A DNA stretch of 64,000 nucleotides from Bacteroidota bacterium (GTDB taxonomy: Bacteria; Bacteroidota; Rhodothermia; Rhodothermales; UBA10348). A model generated the notes under the pieces. The model searched no databases. It saw only the letters and a list, made by a program, of their open reading frames with translations, and was not told the origin of the DNA. The position numbers were made by a program, and so were the translations under genes. This document shows positions 7,128-16,056 of this stretch, piece after piece (the first letter of the stretch is position 1; each line of letters opens with the position of its first letter). The DNA is taken from the NCBI GenBank assembly GCA_027622005.1, contig JAQBZH010000007.1, positions 2,084 to 66,083 of the forward strand, written 5' to 3'.

Positions 7128-9473
7128 ATGACATCTTCCAAGCGTACTATTTATTTACCAGTTTGCAGTCTAGGAATCGCACTCGTTCTTTTTTGTTCGA
7201 ACCCGTCGATGTCTTTTGCTTGGCAAGCCCAATCGACCGATTTGCCGATTAAGGCCCCTTCTTTGTTTGGACGCGTTTTGGACGCCGAACTTCGAACCAG
7301 CTTACCGGGCGCCACCGTTGCGGTTATGCAAAAGGGCAATATTATTGGGGGTGGAATTACCAACTCTAATGGCAAGTATGCTATTGAGGGTATCACAAAC
7401 GGCTTGTATGTCGTACAGACCTCGTTTTTAGGTTATGAAACCCAATCCGATACGCTTCAGCTTCCGAGGACCGAGCCGTACGATGTACTTCTTCAGCCCA
7501 CTCGAACCCATCTAGAAGAAGTTCTGGTTGAAAGCCTACGAAATGATGCCAACAAATTTGTCGTGGGGTTAGAGACCATTCGGGCGGAGGATTTATCCCG
7601 AGTACCCATGCCCGATGTGTCTTACGACCTAGCCGGGTATTTGCTAACCTTGCCTGGCGTGGTTTCAACAGGAGACCGCGGTGGACAGCTATTTATTCGA
7701 GGAGGGACGCCGACGCAAAACCTGGTTCTAGTGGACGGAATGCGGATCTTTCAACCGTTTCACATTGTCGGTTTTTACAGTGCTTTTCCCGCCGATATCA
7801 TTTCGTACGCCGATGTGTATGCCGGCGGTTTTAGCGCCAAATATGGCGGCCGAATTTCTTCGGTGATTGATATCAAAACGGTCAATGGGAGCAAGGAAAA
7901 ACTCACCTATTCGGCCTCAATTGCCCCGTTTTTAAGCGGATTTAACGTTTCAATACCGGTTCGTCCCGGGGATACGTCGCTCATTATTTCGGCGCGTGAG
8001 TCCATTATTGACCGGGTAAGTCCGACCCTACTCGGCCAAGATTTACCGTTTCGCTTTGGCGATCGTTACCTCAAGCTACACTCCTATTTAAACGAAACTA
8101 GTAGTTTGACGGTAACGGCTTTGGCCACTTCCGATGAAGGGAATTTAGAAACGACTTCGGATCCTCTTATTCCAACTTTCCGGAAGTCGACTTGGAAAAA
8201 CCGGGCGTATGGGGGCAAGTATCAGTACATCCCGCCAGAAAACGCAGTCATGACGGAATTGTCCGTGTATTATTCCAGTCTTGAAAGCCGATATCGCCCG
8301 ACACGAGATGAACTCCGGACTTCTGACGTGTCGGACCTCAACATGAACATAGGTTTTGTTTATCTCCTGGGCCCCTCGCAGGTGAATTTTGGAATCTATG
8401 GAAACACCAATTTTTTTGATTACAAATTGGGGTCCCTCGGGACCGAAGGCCACTCCGGAGTTACCAGCGTAGGTTCCTACTTCGAAAGCCAATTCAATTT
8501 GGGGAAAAAATTCCGGTTAGAACCAGGAGTCCGGTTGGAGATTTTCTCCAGAGGGCTCAAGAATACCGTGGCCCCACGCGGAAGGGTTACGTTTCTACCG
8601 GGTGGAACGGGTAGCCACCATCAGTTTAGCCTGGCCGCTGGTGTCTATCATCAACAAATTGTGGGCCTGAATAACGAGCAGGATGTTTCTGATGTATTTA
8701 CCATTTGGTCGGCTTCGCCAAACAATACGCCCGTACCTAAAGCGGTACATCTGATTGGGGGTTGGAAAGGGCGCCCTTATCCTTGGCTGGAGCTCACCTT
8801 GGAAGCCTACCGGAAAAATCTTTCCGATATTTCTTTTCCAGTTTTCGGGAATGCCATAAATAAAGTAGCCGAGTTTTCTAAGGTCGACGGATTCGCACAA
8901 GGTGTGGATGCCAAGGTGGAGGTGACCCGTCAAGACTTTTTCTTTTCCCTTTCTGTGAGTACGTCGAAAGTGGAGTACCACATGGAGGCCCAGCGAGCGG
9001 GCGGCGTTTTTCGTCCGAATTTTGGTCAAGCAACCCTACTGGAGGAAACTACTTTTAATCCGCCACACGACCGACGTGAACAGGTCAATGCCATGGCGCA
9101 GTATCGATTGGGATCGAACAAGTTGAGTATTCGATGGCAATACGGATCGGGTTTGCCCTTCACTCAGGTCAACGGATATTATGCCGACCTTCGGGATTCA
9201 ATTGATCCACGAAATTCGGACTACGTAACCAGTGTCGGAAAGCCGTTTGTGTCCCGAGCCGAACTCTATGATGCCCGACTGCCTACCTACCACCGGCTTG
9301 ATATAACCTTGGAGCGATCTTTTGATTTGGCCGGAGCGGAATTAACGGCAATGGTTGGTGTCATCAATGTGTACGATCGCAACAACATATTTGAATACAA
9401 CATTTTTACGGGAAGCCGGATCGATCAGCTTCCGATCATCCCTTCCATCGGCATCCGGGTAGACGTACGATGA
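7128..9473 (+). CDS. TonB-dependent receptor with an N-terminal CarboxypepD_reg domain (copy 1)
   Basis: The ATG at 7128 gives a signal-peptide-like N-terminus (MTSSKRTIYLPVCSLGIALVLF). It has a carboxypeptidase-regulatory-like fold (GRVLDAELRTSLPGATVAV...NGKYAIEGITNGLYVVQTSFLGYE) and a plug domain (GDRGGQLFIRGGTPTQNLVLVDGMRIFQPFH). The C-terminal barrel ends in SIGIRVDVR. Confidence 0.85.
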   Translation: MTSSKRTIYLPVCSLGIALVLFCSNPSMSFAWQAQSTDLPIKAPSLFGRVLDAELRTSLPGATVAVMQKGNIIGGGITNSNGKYAIEGITNGLYVVQTSFLGYETQSDTLQLPRTEPYDVLLQPTRTHLEEVLVESLRNDANKFVVGLETIRAEDLSRVPMPDVSYDLAGYLLTLPGVVSTGDRGGQLFIRGGTPTQNLVLVDGMRIFQPFHIVGFYSAFPADIISYADVYAGGFSAKYGGRISSVIDIKTVNGSKEKLTYSASIAPFLSGFNVSIPVRPGDTSLIISARESIIDRVSPTLLGQDLPFRFGDRYLKLHSYLNETSSLTVTALATSDEGNLETTSDPLIPTFRKSTWKNRAYGGKYQYIPPENAVMTELSVYYSSLESRYRPTRDELRTSDVSDLNMNIGFVYLLGPSQVNFGIYGNTNFFDYKLGSLGTEGHSGVTSVGSYFESQFNLGKKFRLEPGVRLEIFSRGLKNTVAPRGRVTFLPGGTGSHHQFSLAAGVYHQQIVGLNNEQDVSDVFTIWSASPNNTPVPKAVHLIGGWKGRPYPWLELTLEAYRKNLSDISFPVFGNAINKVAEFSKVDGFAQGVDAKVEVTRQDFFFSLSVSTSKVEYHMEAQRAGGVFRPNFGQATLLEETTFNPPHDRREQVNAMAQYRLGSNKLSIRWQYGSGLPFTQVNGYYADLRDSIDPRNSDYVTSVGKPFVSRAELYDARLPTYHRLDITLERSFDLAGAELTAMVGVINVYDRNNIFEYNIFTGSRIDQLPIIPSIGIRVDVR

Positions 9474-10333
9474 AAGCTTTTCACCATATCGCCCGGACCA
9501 CCATGTTGGCAACGATAAGCTTGCTGACGTTTGCAGGATGCGAGAACACTATAGATCCAATCGCGGACGAAGGAAAAGATACATTTGCCATCTACGGGTA
9601 CTTGGATATGCGATCTTCCTTACAAAAGGTGAGGGTGGAATTGCTTCGACCCACGGTGCTTTCGGAGCCTCTTTCGGTAGATGGGTATCAGGTTTCTTCC
9701 ATCGATCAGAACGATGGCACTTTCCAGATCTGGAAAGACTCGATGGTGGTTCTCAGTAATGGTGGGGTTGGCAATTTGTTTGTATCTAAATTTCAGCCTC
9801 AACTGGGCCATGTTTATTCTTTGATCGTCAGCAGAAACGGTGTGACCGGCGCCGAGGCAATTGTAGAGTTACCGAAACAGCCGGAAGTGTTTGTCGAGCC
9901 TTCAGTTGGAGACTCGCTTGACCTTTCCCAGCGGATCGCCTTGTTGGGCGCAACCGATAAGCCTACGGCTGTTTATTTGCTGTATGAGGTCATCCCTCCC
10001 GACGACTCCGGTGTGAAGGTAATCCGAGTGGCCTATGGCGATCCAGGAGCCGCCTCAGCCAGGGGTTGGGAGTTTGATGTCAATCTGACATCGGATCGAT
10101 ACGTCATCATGAACGGACTAGGCCTAAACATCAAAACTAAGGGAGTCATTGTTCGACGTGTCTCGATGGAAATGACGCTGTTCAGCAAAGAGTGGGGAAG
10201 TATTGGAAAAGAAACCAATTTGAAGCGCGCACACGGCTTTTTAGCCTCAGTGGGAGTATTTGAGCACACCTGGCAGCTCGACTCAGTTACCCTCGGAAAA
10301 ATGGGATTTCTGAACGGACAGATTCCCAATTGA
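9470..10333 (+). CDS. DUF4249-like lipoprotein partner of the TonB-dependent receptor (copy 1)
   Basis: Its start overlaps the receptor stop in an ATGA at 9470-9473. It has a lipobox (LLTFAGC). The region FAIYGYLDMRSSLQKVRVELLRP and the C-terminal GFLASVGVFE resemble the DUF4249 family and the paralogue at 12715-13650. Confidence 0.65.
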   Translation: MKAFHHIARTTMLATISLLTFAGCENTIDPIADEGKDTFAIYGYLDMRSSLQKVRVELLRPTVLSEPLSVDGYQVSSIDQNDGTFQIWKDSMVVLSNGGVGNLFVSKFQPQLGHVYSLIVSRNGVTGAEAIVELPKQPEVFVEPSVGDSLDLSQRIALLGATDKPTAVYLLYEVIPPDDSGVKVIRVAYGDPGAASARGWEFDVNLTSDRYVIMNGLGLNIKTKGVIVRRVSMEMTLFSKEWGSIGKETNLKRAHGFLASVGVFEHTWQLDSVTLGKMGFLNGQIPN

Positions 10334-10417
10334 AAAAGAGTATTCAATTTACCCTGAAACTGTTTTACTACCTCAGATTTACTCCGTAAACTGACTTGAT
10401 ACGTTGAAATTAGACCA

Positions 10418-12715
10418 TTGAATCATTTGTTATTTATTTCTCGCTTGGTGAAGTCAATTTCGATTTTGCCATTGCTGCTGATTTTCGTCGCAGCAGCTAG
10501 TGCACAAACGGCTACCGTTCGTGGTTTCGTCACAGACTCTTCCGATGGGCAGCCCTTGCCCGGGGTAAACGTGATTTTGACGGATGCAGCCGGGGGACTG
10601 TCGGGTTCTGCCACGGATACGGATGGTTTTTATGCCATTTCCAGAATTGCACCCGGCTCTTACAAATTGAAAGCGTCCTTTGTGGGATTTAAGGACTTTG
10701 AAATGGAGGTCACTTTAGCGGCTTCTGAAATAAGGACCCTCAATGTTGAACTGGAGGTCGAAGAGACCGAGTTGGGCGAAGTCTTGATAGAATCCGTTCG
10801 GGAAACAGCCGGAGCCGCCAATGTGACGGCTGGCTTGCAGACCATTCGCCCAGCCGATATTTCGCTCGTTCCCGCTCCGGACATTTCAGCCGACTTGGTG
10901 AACTATCTGACAGCGCTTCCTGGAATCGTTTCTCAAGGAGACCGAGGTGGCCAATTGTTTATTCGCGGCGGCGAACCAACCCAGAATATGGTCTTATTGG
11001 ATGGAATGCAGATTTTTCAGCCGTTCCACATTATTGGGTTCTTTTCAGCATTTCCGGCTGATATCATCAATACCGCCGATGTTTATGCGGGGGGATTTGG
11101 AAGCCGCTTTGGGGGCCGACTTTCCTCTGTAATGGACATTACCTCTCGCACGGGTAATAAAAGGCGAGTGGTAGGTGCGGCTACGGTTGCTCCCTTCGTT
11201 TCTACGATTCGCCTTGAGGGCCCATTACTTCCCGGAAAGGTATCATTTTTGGCCTCTTACCGTCAATCGGTGATCGAGCAAGGAGCGTCCAAACTGATCG
11301 ATCAGGATTTACCATTCGAATTTGGGGACATTTTTGCAAAAATCCATGCGAATTTGGGAGCTAGTGCCCAGCTTTCTATAACTGGAATTCAAACCCACGA
11401 CAATGGTCGTTTGGGTCTTGATCCACTGGTAGATCCCGGTGAGAGCTTTGTACCTGATGAAGTCAATTGGGAGAATTTAGCCGTTGGGTCACGGTTGATC
11501 TTTCTTCCTTCGACCCTTCCCGTTTTTGCCGAGCTTTTAGTGAGCTACTCGGCACTTAAAAACGAATTTGGCCCCCCCGGCGATCCAACACAGACCACCG
11601 ATGCAACGCTGTTCTCTTTCGCGTCGAATCTGACGCATTACGTCGGAACGACGGATTTCAATTGGGGGATTTTTCTGAGCTCGTCTCAGCTGGACTCCAA
11701 TTTGGGTGGCGTTTTCCAAAATGTGGACTTGAAAGTCGAATACATCACCGAAGTGGGTGCGTATATCGAACCCCAATTCAAACCAATTGAAGGCCTCGCG
11801 ATTCAGCCCGGTGTTCGCTTGCAATCGTTCCCAAGCAAGAATGAATCGTTCATTGAACCTCGATTACGCGTTGTTTGGAATACTGGAGTGCATCGTTTCT
11901 CGATGGCAGCTGGAGTCTATCATCAAGAAATTACCGGTTTAAATGACCGACGAAACGCCGGGGACATCTTCACGGCATGGACAGCCGCTCCAAATAATAA
12001 AGTACCTGAAGCCACCCACCTCATCGGCGGGTATCGCATACAGCCAACAAGCTGGGCTACTTTTTCGGCAGAAGGTTTTTACAAGGACCTTAAAAACTTA
12101 GTGGTCCCTGAGTGGACGGCCTTTCCGCGCTTTACTACTAATATTCAACCAGCAGACGGACGAGCTTCCGGGTTCGATATTCGGCTGGAGCTAGGCAACA
12201 GCGAAAAATTTCAAACGACTATTAGTTGGGGTCGAAGCGAAGTCATTTATGGCTCCCGTTCACGCTCGTTGCAGATTTTGACCGGTAAGGATGAAGTCGA
12301 TTATTCTCCGCCGCATGATCGAAAGGACCAGATCAATATCATGACATCGGTGAAACTAAAAGGCTTCAATTTCAACGTACGCTGGCAATTTGGAACTGGT
12401 TTGCCGTTTAACGAATCGTTGGGATTTGATCGTTGGGTCTTGTTGGACAGCCTAGTGAATGTGACGGAGATACCGGGAGAAGAGCGTGTATTGTATGGCC
12501 GGCCTTACACGGGTCGCCTTCCAACCTATCATCGTCTGGATCTATCTCTGGATCGGGAGTTTCGAATTGGACCAACTACCTTCCTCACGATCCAAACGGG
12601 TCTTCTCAATGTCTACGACCGGCGAAATCTCTTCTATTTGGATTTGTACACACTCAGAAGAGTCGACCAGCTACCACTCATTCCGACATTCGGTTTAAAA
12701 CTCGATTACAAATAA
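10418..12715 (+). CDS. TonB-dependent receptor with an N-terminal CarboxypepD_reg domain (copy 2, paralogue of 7128-9473)
   Basis: 765 aa. The CarboxypepD_reg-like N-terminus is ATVRGFVTDSSDGQPLPGVNVIL...DGFYAISRIAPGSYKLKASFVGF. The plug GDRGGQLFIRGGEPTQNMVLLDGMQIFQPFH is nearly identical in motif to copy 1. The start is uncertain: TTG at 10418 as in the track, or GTG at 10448, which gives MKSISILPLLLIFVAAASAQ. Confidence 0.85.
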   Translation: MNHLLFISRLVKSISILPLLLIFVAAASAQTATVRGFVTDSSDGQPLPGVNVILTDAAGGLSGSATDTDGFYAISRIAPGSYKLKASFVGFKDFEMEVTLAASEIRTLNVELEVEETELGEVLIESVRETAGAANVTAGLQTIRPADISLVPAPDISADLVNYLTALPGIVSQGDRGGQLFIRGGEPTQNMVLLDGMQIFQPFHIIGFFSAFPADIINTADVYAGGFGSRFGGRLSSVMDITSRTGNKRRVVGAATVAPFVSTIRLEGPLLPGKVSFLASYRQSVIEQGASKLIDQDLPFEFGDIFAKIHANLGASAQLSITGIQTHDNGRLGLDPLVDPGESFVPDEVNWENLAVGSRLIFLPSTLPVFAELLVSYSALKNEFGPPGDPTQTTDATLFSFASNLTHYVGTTDFNWGIFLSSSQLDSNLGGVFQNVDLKVEYITEVGAYIEPQFKPIEGLAIQPGVRLQSFPSKNESFIEPRLRVVWNTGVHRFSMAAGVYHQEITGLNDRRNAGDIFTAWTAAPNNKVPEATHLIGGYRIQPTSWATFSAEGFYKDLKNLVVPEWTAFPRFTTNIQPADGRASGFDIRLELGNSEKFQTTISWGRSEVIYGSRSRSLQILTGKDEVDYSPPHDRKDQINIMTSVKLKGFNFNVRWQFGTGLPFNESLGFDRWVLLDSLVNVTEIPGEERVLYGRPYTGRLPTYHRLDLSLDREFRIGPTTFLTIQTGLLNVYDRRNLFYLDLYTLRRVDQLPLIPTFGLKLDYK

Positions 12716-13650
12716 TGCGTGGGATGCTCAAACAGTCATTATTGGGAATTATGAACAGAAATGTTTTTGTACCTCTGTTACTCATTTTTGGACTCTCGTT
12801 TTGGACAGGGTGCGAAGAGGAAGTCAATCCATTCGTCGAGGAAGACCGTTTCTTTACCGTTTTCGGGTATCTGGATACGGCAGTGGACGTTCAATATTTG
12901 CGTGTTATTCAGCTTAGAACGGAGTTCGCGACGGATGGCGATGTGGCCATTGACGCTGTTGTGACCACAACCGAGCGGGAAACCGGACAGGTAACCATTT
13001 GGCAGGATTCGCTTATTACCTTTCATGATGGCACCGTTGGGCATGTTTTTGTAGGGAGATTACGCCCCATTCCGGGACTGCACTATGTATTGGACGTAAC
13101 CCGATCCGATGGTAAGCGCGCCACAGCAACGACGCTGATACCCGTGCTTCCCCGAGTGATATTATCCCCGCCTCAGGCGGCATTCGTTGGCGTTACCCAA
13201 AAAGTCGTTTGGCCGACGGTCAACTTCATTCCTTTCAAAGTGGAGGTCTGGTATCGGACTATCGATACGACTACACCTGGGCTCCCATTTCGCGATGCAA
13301 TCGTTTTGTACGGCGATGACAGCAACCGAGTTGGTCAACAAACCAACAACGGCTGGGAGATTCTGATTCGCTATGCGGAAGACAAGAAAGAAGTGACCAG
13401 GCAATGGGGTTTCGGTGAAGGAGATCAACCCATATTGCTGTCTATGGGAATGAGAGTCACAATGAGCGACGATCAGTGGCGTCCGCCAGATGGTGTATTT
13501 AACCCTGAAGTCCTCGTTCAGCCAGGTACTTTTTCCAATGTTGATGGTGGATTCGGCTTTTTTGGGTCATTAAACCAGTATTCATTGGAATGGACACTCA
13601 GCCCAGAAGTGACCACGATTGCAGGATATACCAATCCAGGAAAACGGTAA
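12715..13650 (+). CDS. DUF4249-like lipoprotein partner (copy 2)
   Basis: The ATG at 12715 overlaps the receptor TAA in a TAATG. The track extension back to 12433 lies inside the receptor gene. It has a lipobox (LSFWTGC). FTVFGYLDTAVDVQYLRVIQLR and the C-terminal GGFGFFGSLNQY parallel copy 1. Confidence 0.65.
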   Translation: MRGMLKQSLLGIMNRNVFVPLLLIFGLSFWTGCEEEVNPFVEEDRFFTVFGYLDTAVDVQYLRVIQLRTEFATDGDVAIDAVVTTTERETGQVTIWQDSLITFHDGTVGHVFVGRLRPIPGLHYVLDVTRSDGKRATATTLIPVLPRVILSPPQAAFVGVTQKVVWPTVNFIPFKVEVWYRTIDTTTPGLPFRDAIVLYGDDSNRVGQQTNNGWEILIRYAEDKKEVTRQWGFGEGDQPILLSMGMRVTMSDDQWRPPDGVFNPEVLVQPGTFSNVDGGFGFFGSLNQYSLEWTLSPEVTTIAGYTNPGKR

Positions 13651-13818
13651 GGCTTTCTTTAATCCTGTGTTAATTGATTGTCTTTGGAGCCTTGCGCCTT
13701 CGAAAAGTGCCTTTCAGTCAGTACTTTCAAGCTCAAGTCTGATAGATTTAGATTCTTTTAAGGCTTTGAACCAAGAAGCCGATTCATATCTCACTGCATT
13801 CCTTGAGGAGCTTGCACC

Positions 13819-14745
13819 ATGTCGAAACCCGATATCTGGAAAAACGGAAAATTCGTTCGTCATGAAGACGCTACCGTTCACGTTTTAACCCATGCTCTAC
13901 ACTACGGTACGTCCGTTTTTGAAGGTGTGCGTTGTTATAAAACGGACAAAGGGTCTGCCATATTCCGTCACCCGGAACACATGCAGCGCCTCATCGATTC
14001 GGGTCGGATTTATCGAATGGACCTCGGCTATACTCGCCAGGAATTAGAACAGGCCGTTATTGACACTATCGTCCGTTCGGGGATGGATGAGTGCTACATT
14101 CGTCCGCTTTCCTATCGTGGAGCCGGAAAAATGGGAGTAAACCCCATCAATAATCCGGTAGAGACTATTATCGCTGTTTGGGAATGGGGAGCATATCTAG
14201 GGCCTGAAGCCCTAGAAGTGGGTGTTGACGTCCACGTTGCTTCCTGGAATCGCATGGCTCCCAACACCTTTCCTTCTATGGCAAAAGCAGGCGGCAACTA
14301 CTTGAATGCCGGCCTAGTTAAAATGGACGCAGTTCTGAATGGCTTCGCAGAGGGTATCATGCTGAGCACCGGCGGGCATGTGGCGGAAGGATCGGGTGAG
14401 AATCTATTTCTGGTCAAGAACGATACGCTGTATACGGCTCCTGTTGCTCTGTCCATTCTACCGGGTATCACTCGGGACAGTATAATCAGGATGGCACGGG
14501 ACATGGGTATTTCGATTCAAGAAGGCTTGATTCCCCGCGAAGCGCTATACGTAGCTGACGAGGTTTTCTTCACCGGTACCGCGGCCGAAGTATCACCTAT
14601 TCGGACTATTGATCATCACGTAATAGGGTCGGGTAAAAGAGGTCCTATTACAGAGAAATTGCAGACCGCGTTTTTCGACATAGTTCACAGAGGGAATGAC
14701 CCATACGGCTGGTTAACCCATGTGCCCGTTGGAGTTACAGCTTAG
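13819..14745 (+). CDS. ilvE: Branched-chain amino acid aminotransferase
   Basis: 308 aa, collinear with my recollection of E. coli IlvE: NGKFVRHEDATVHVLTHALHYGTSVFEGVRCY, FRHPEHMQRL, AKAGGNYLN, GENLFLVKNDTLYTAP, LPGITRD, ADEVFFTGTAAEVSPIR. Confidence 0.95.
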   Translation: MSKPDIWKNGKFVRHEDATVHVLTHALHYGTSVFEGVRCYKTDKGSAIFRHPEHMQRLIDSGRIYRMDLGYTRQELEQAVIDTIVRSGMDECYIRPLSYRGAGKMGVNPINNPVETIIAVWEWGAYLGPEALEVGVDVHVASWNRMAPNTFPSMAKAGGNYLNAGLVKMDAVLNGFAEGIMLSTGGHVAEGSGENLFLVKNDTLYTAPVALSILPGITRDSIIRMARDMGISIQEGLIPREALYVADEVFFTGTAAEVSPIRTIDHHVIGSGKRGPITEKLQTAFFDIVHRGNDPYGWLTHVPVGVTA

Positions 14746-14784
14746 TCCGTTGTTGTTCGAACGCGACTTGGGGCCTGGAATAGA

Positions 14785-16014
14785 TCAGAATTCGTAAATA
14801 AAGATCGCTCTGTCTCCCGCCAGATCGCCGGAGAGAAAAGCGTCTTTTCTACCGTTTCCGTCATAATCGAACCAGGAAACGTGACCATTCAATACCGAGC
14901 TGGGCGACCCAATTCGGAGCAGAAAAAGGTCAATGTTTTCCGCTGCCACGACTTTCTCGGATCCGATCTGGTTGAGGTTCTCAATGCCCCACGTTAAGAT
15001 GTCCGAGTCGGTATCTCCATCTAAATCCAGAAGCGATACACCTCCAGCGTACAATCCCGGGACCTGAATATTCTTTTTGGTGAACCCTCCTCTCCCGTCA
15101 TTTAAGTATAAACTCGTTTCCCCGCGCATAATGGATGGCCCAATGTGGCCTCCATTTATCAATAGATCGACATCGCCGTCAAAATCCACGTCCCCAAACG
15201 CTGTCCCGCCGAAGTACAGTTTTGGAAGCGTAGTCGGTACTTCTGTGAACCGTGCGGTCCCATCATTGGTATAAAGACTCAGGACAGCTGTGTTTTGACT
15301 GTCCGTTCCCGAAACGATGAAATCGAGATCTCCATCACGGTCGATGTCAGCCACGGAGATTGAGTTTACCTGAAGGCCAGTGAAAGTTGTCGGTCCCGGT
15401 GTAAATCGCTGTGCGTTATTGGCTAACCAGACACCTAAATGCAGGCCATTTGCTGCCTGACCTCCCAAAATAAGGTCTTGAAATCCATCGCCATTAAAAT
15501 CTCCGGCAGCGACTTTGCTGTTATAGACTGCGGGGAGCCCAGTTGATGCCACAATTTGGAAAGAGTCTGAACCCCGATTTAAATAAACCACGGTGGACGG
15601 GACCAAAATTTCGACATTTTGCGAAGTATATCCCGTCAAACTTAGTCCAGTTACGACCAGGTCAGGGCGTCCATCTCGATTTAAATCATGCCAGGTAACT
15701 GAACCTTTAATGACGCTCGTCTTGGCAAACGGAACCTCTTGGTAATCGGCGTAAACCGTTGGTCTGCCAATGCCGAGTTGAACTACCCTGCGGCGCAAGA
15801 ACTTATACAATACGGCCTGCAATGTCCCATCCGCTTGCCGTCCCGTAATGAAAACGTCTCCATCCCCATCACCATCGTAATCCGCACCAGCGTGAGCACC
15901 TTCACGCACAGGCGGGATACCGTCCACCCGAACAAGTTGGCGCTGAGCCGCCGCCGTTAAAGCCGTAGCGCCGAGTAAGATGGCCAATAAGAAGACTTTC
16001 AAGGTTCGAAGCAT
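14785..16014 (-). CDS. Secreted FG-GAP/VCBS-repeat (integrin-alpha-like beta-propeller) protein
   Basis: 409 aa with a signal peptide (LLGATALTAAAQ). It has repeated Ca-binding-like DxDxDG motifs (DYDGDGDGD, DLNRDGRPD, DFNGDGFQD, DIDRDGDLD, DVDFDGDVD, DLDGDTDSD, DYDGNGRKD). I recognised no T9SS tail. Confidence 0.8.
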   Translation of the reverse strand: MLRTLKVFLLAILLGATALTAAAQRQLVRVDGIPPVREGAHAGADYDGDGDGDVFITGRQADGTLQAVLYKFLRRRVVQLGIGRPTVYADYQEVPFAKTSVIKGSVTWHDLNRDGRPDLVVTGLSLTGYTSQNVEILVPSTVVYLNRGSDSFQIVASTGLPAVYNSKVAAGDFNGDGFQDLILGGQAANGLHLGVWLANNAQRFTPGPTTFTGLQVNSISVADIDRDGDLDFIVSGTDSQNTAVLSLYTNDGTARFTEVPTTLPKLYFGGTAFGDVDFDGDVDLLINGGHIGPSIMRGETSLYLNDGRGGFTKKNIQVPGLYAGGVSLLDLDGDTDSDILTWGIENLNQIGSEKVVAAENIDLFLLRIGSPSSVLNGHVSWFDYDGNGRKDAFLSGDLAGDRAIFIYEF

Positions 16015-16056
16015 CGGAGAAAATTAAATTGGACTTGGGAAGAATAGCAGCTTTGA

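Noticed and set aside
12433-12714. N-terminal 94-codon extension of the second DUF4249-like ORF, with similar upstream extensions at 7047-7127, 6015-6116, 17917-18024, 33588-33659 and 46143-46196
   Set aside because: The extensions overlap the preceding gene or lack signal-peptide logic. Internal ATG starts give canonical signal peptides, lipoboxes or family N-termini and fit the translational-coupling geometry.
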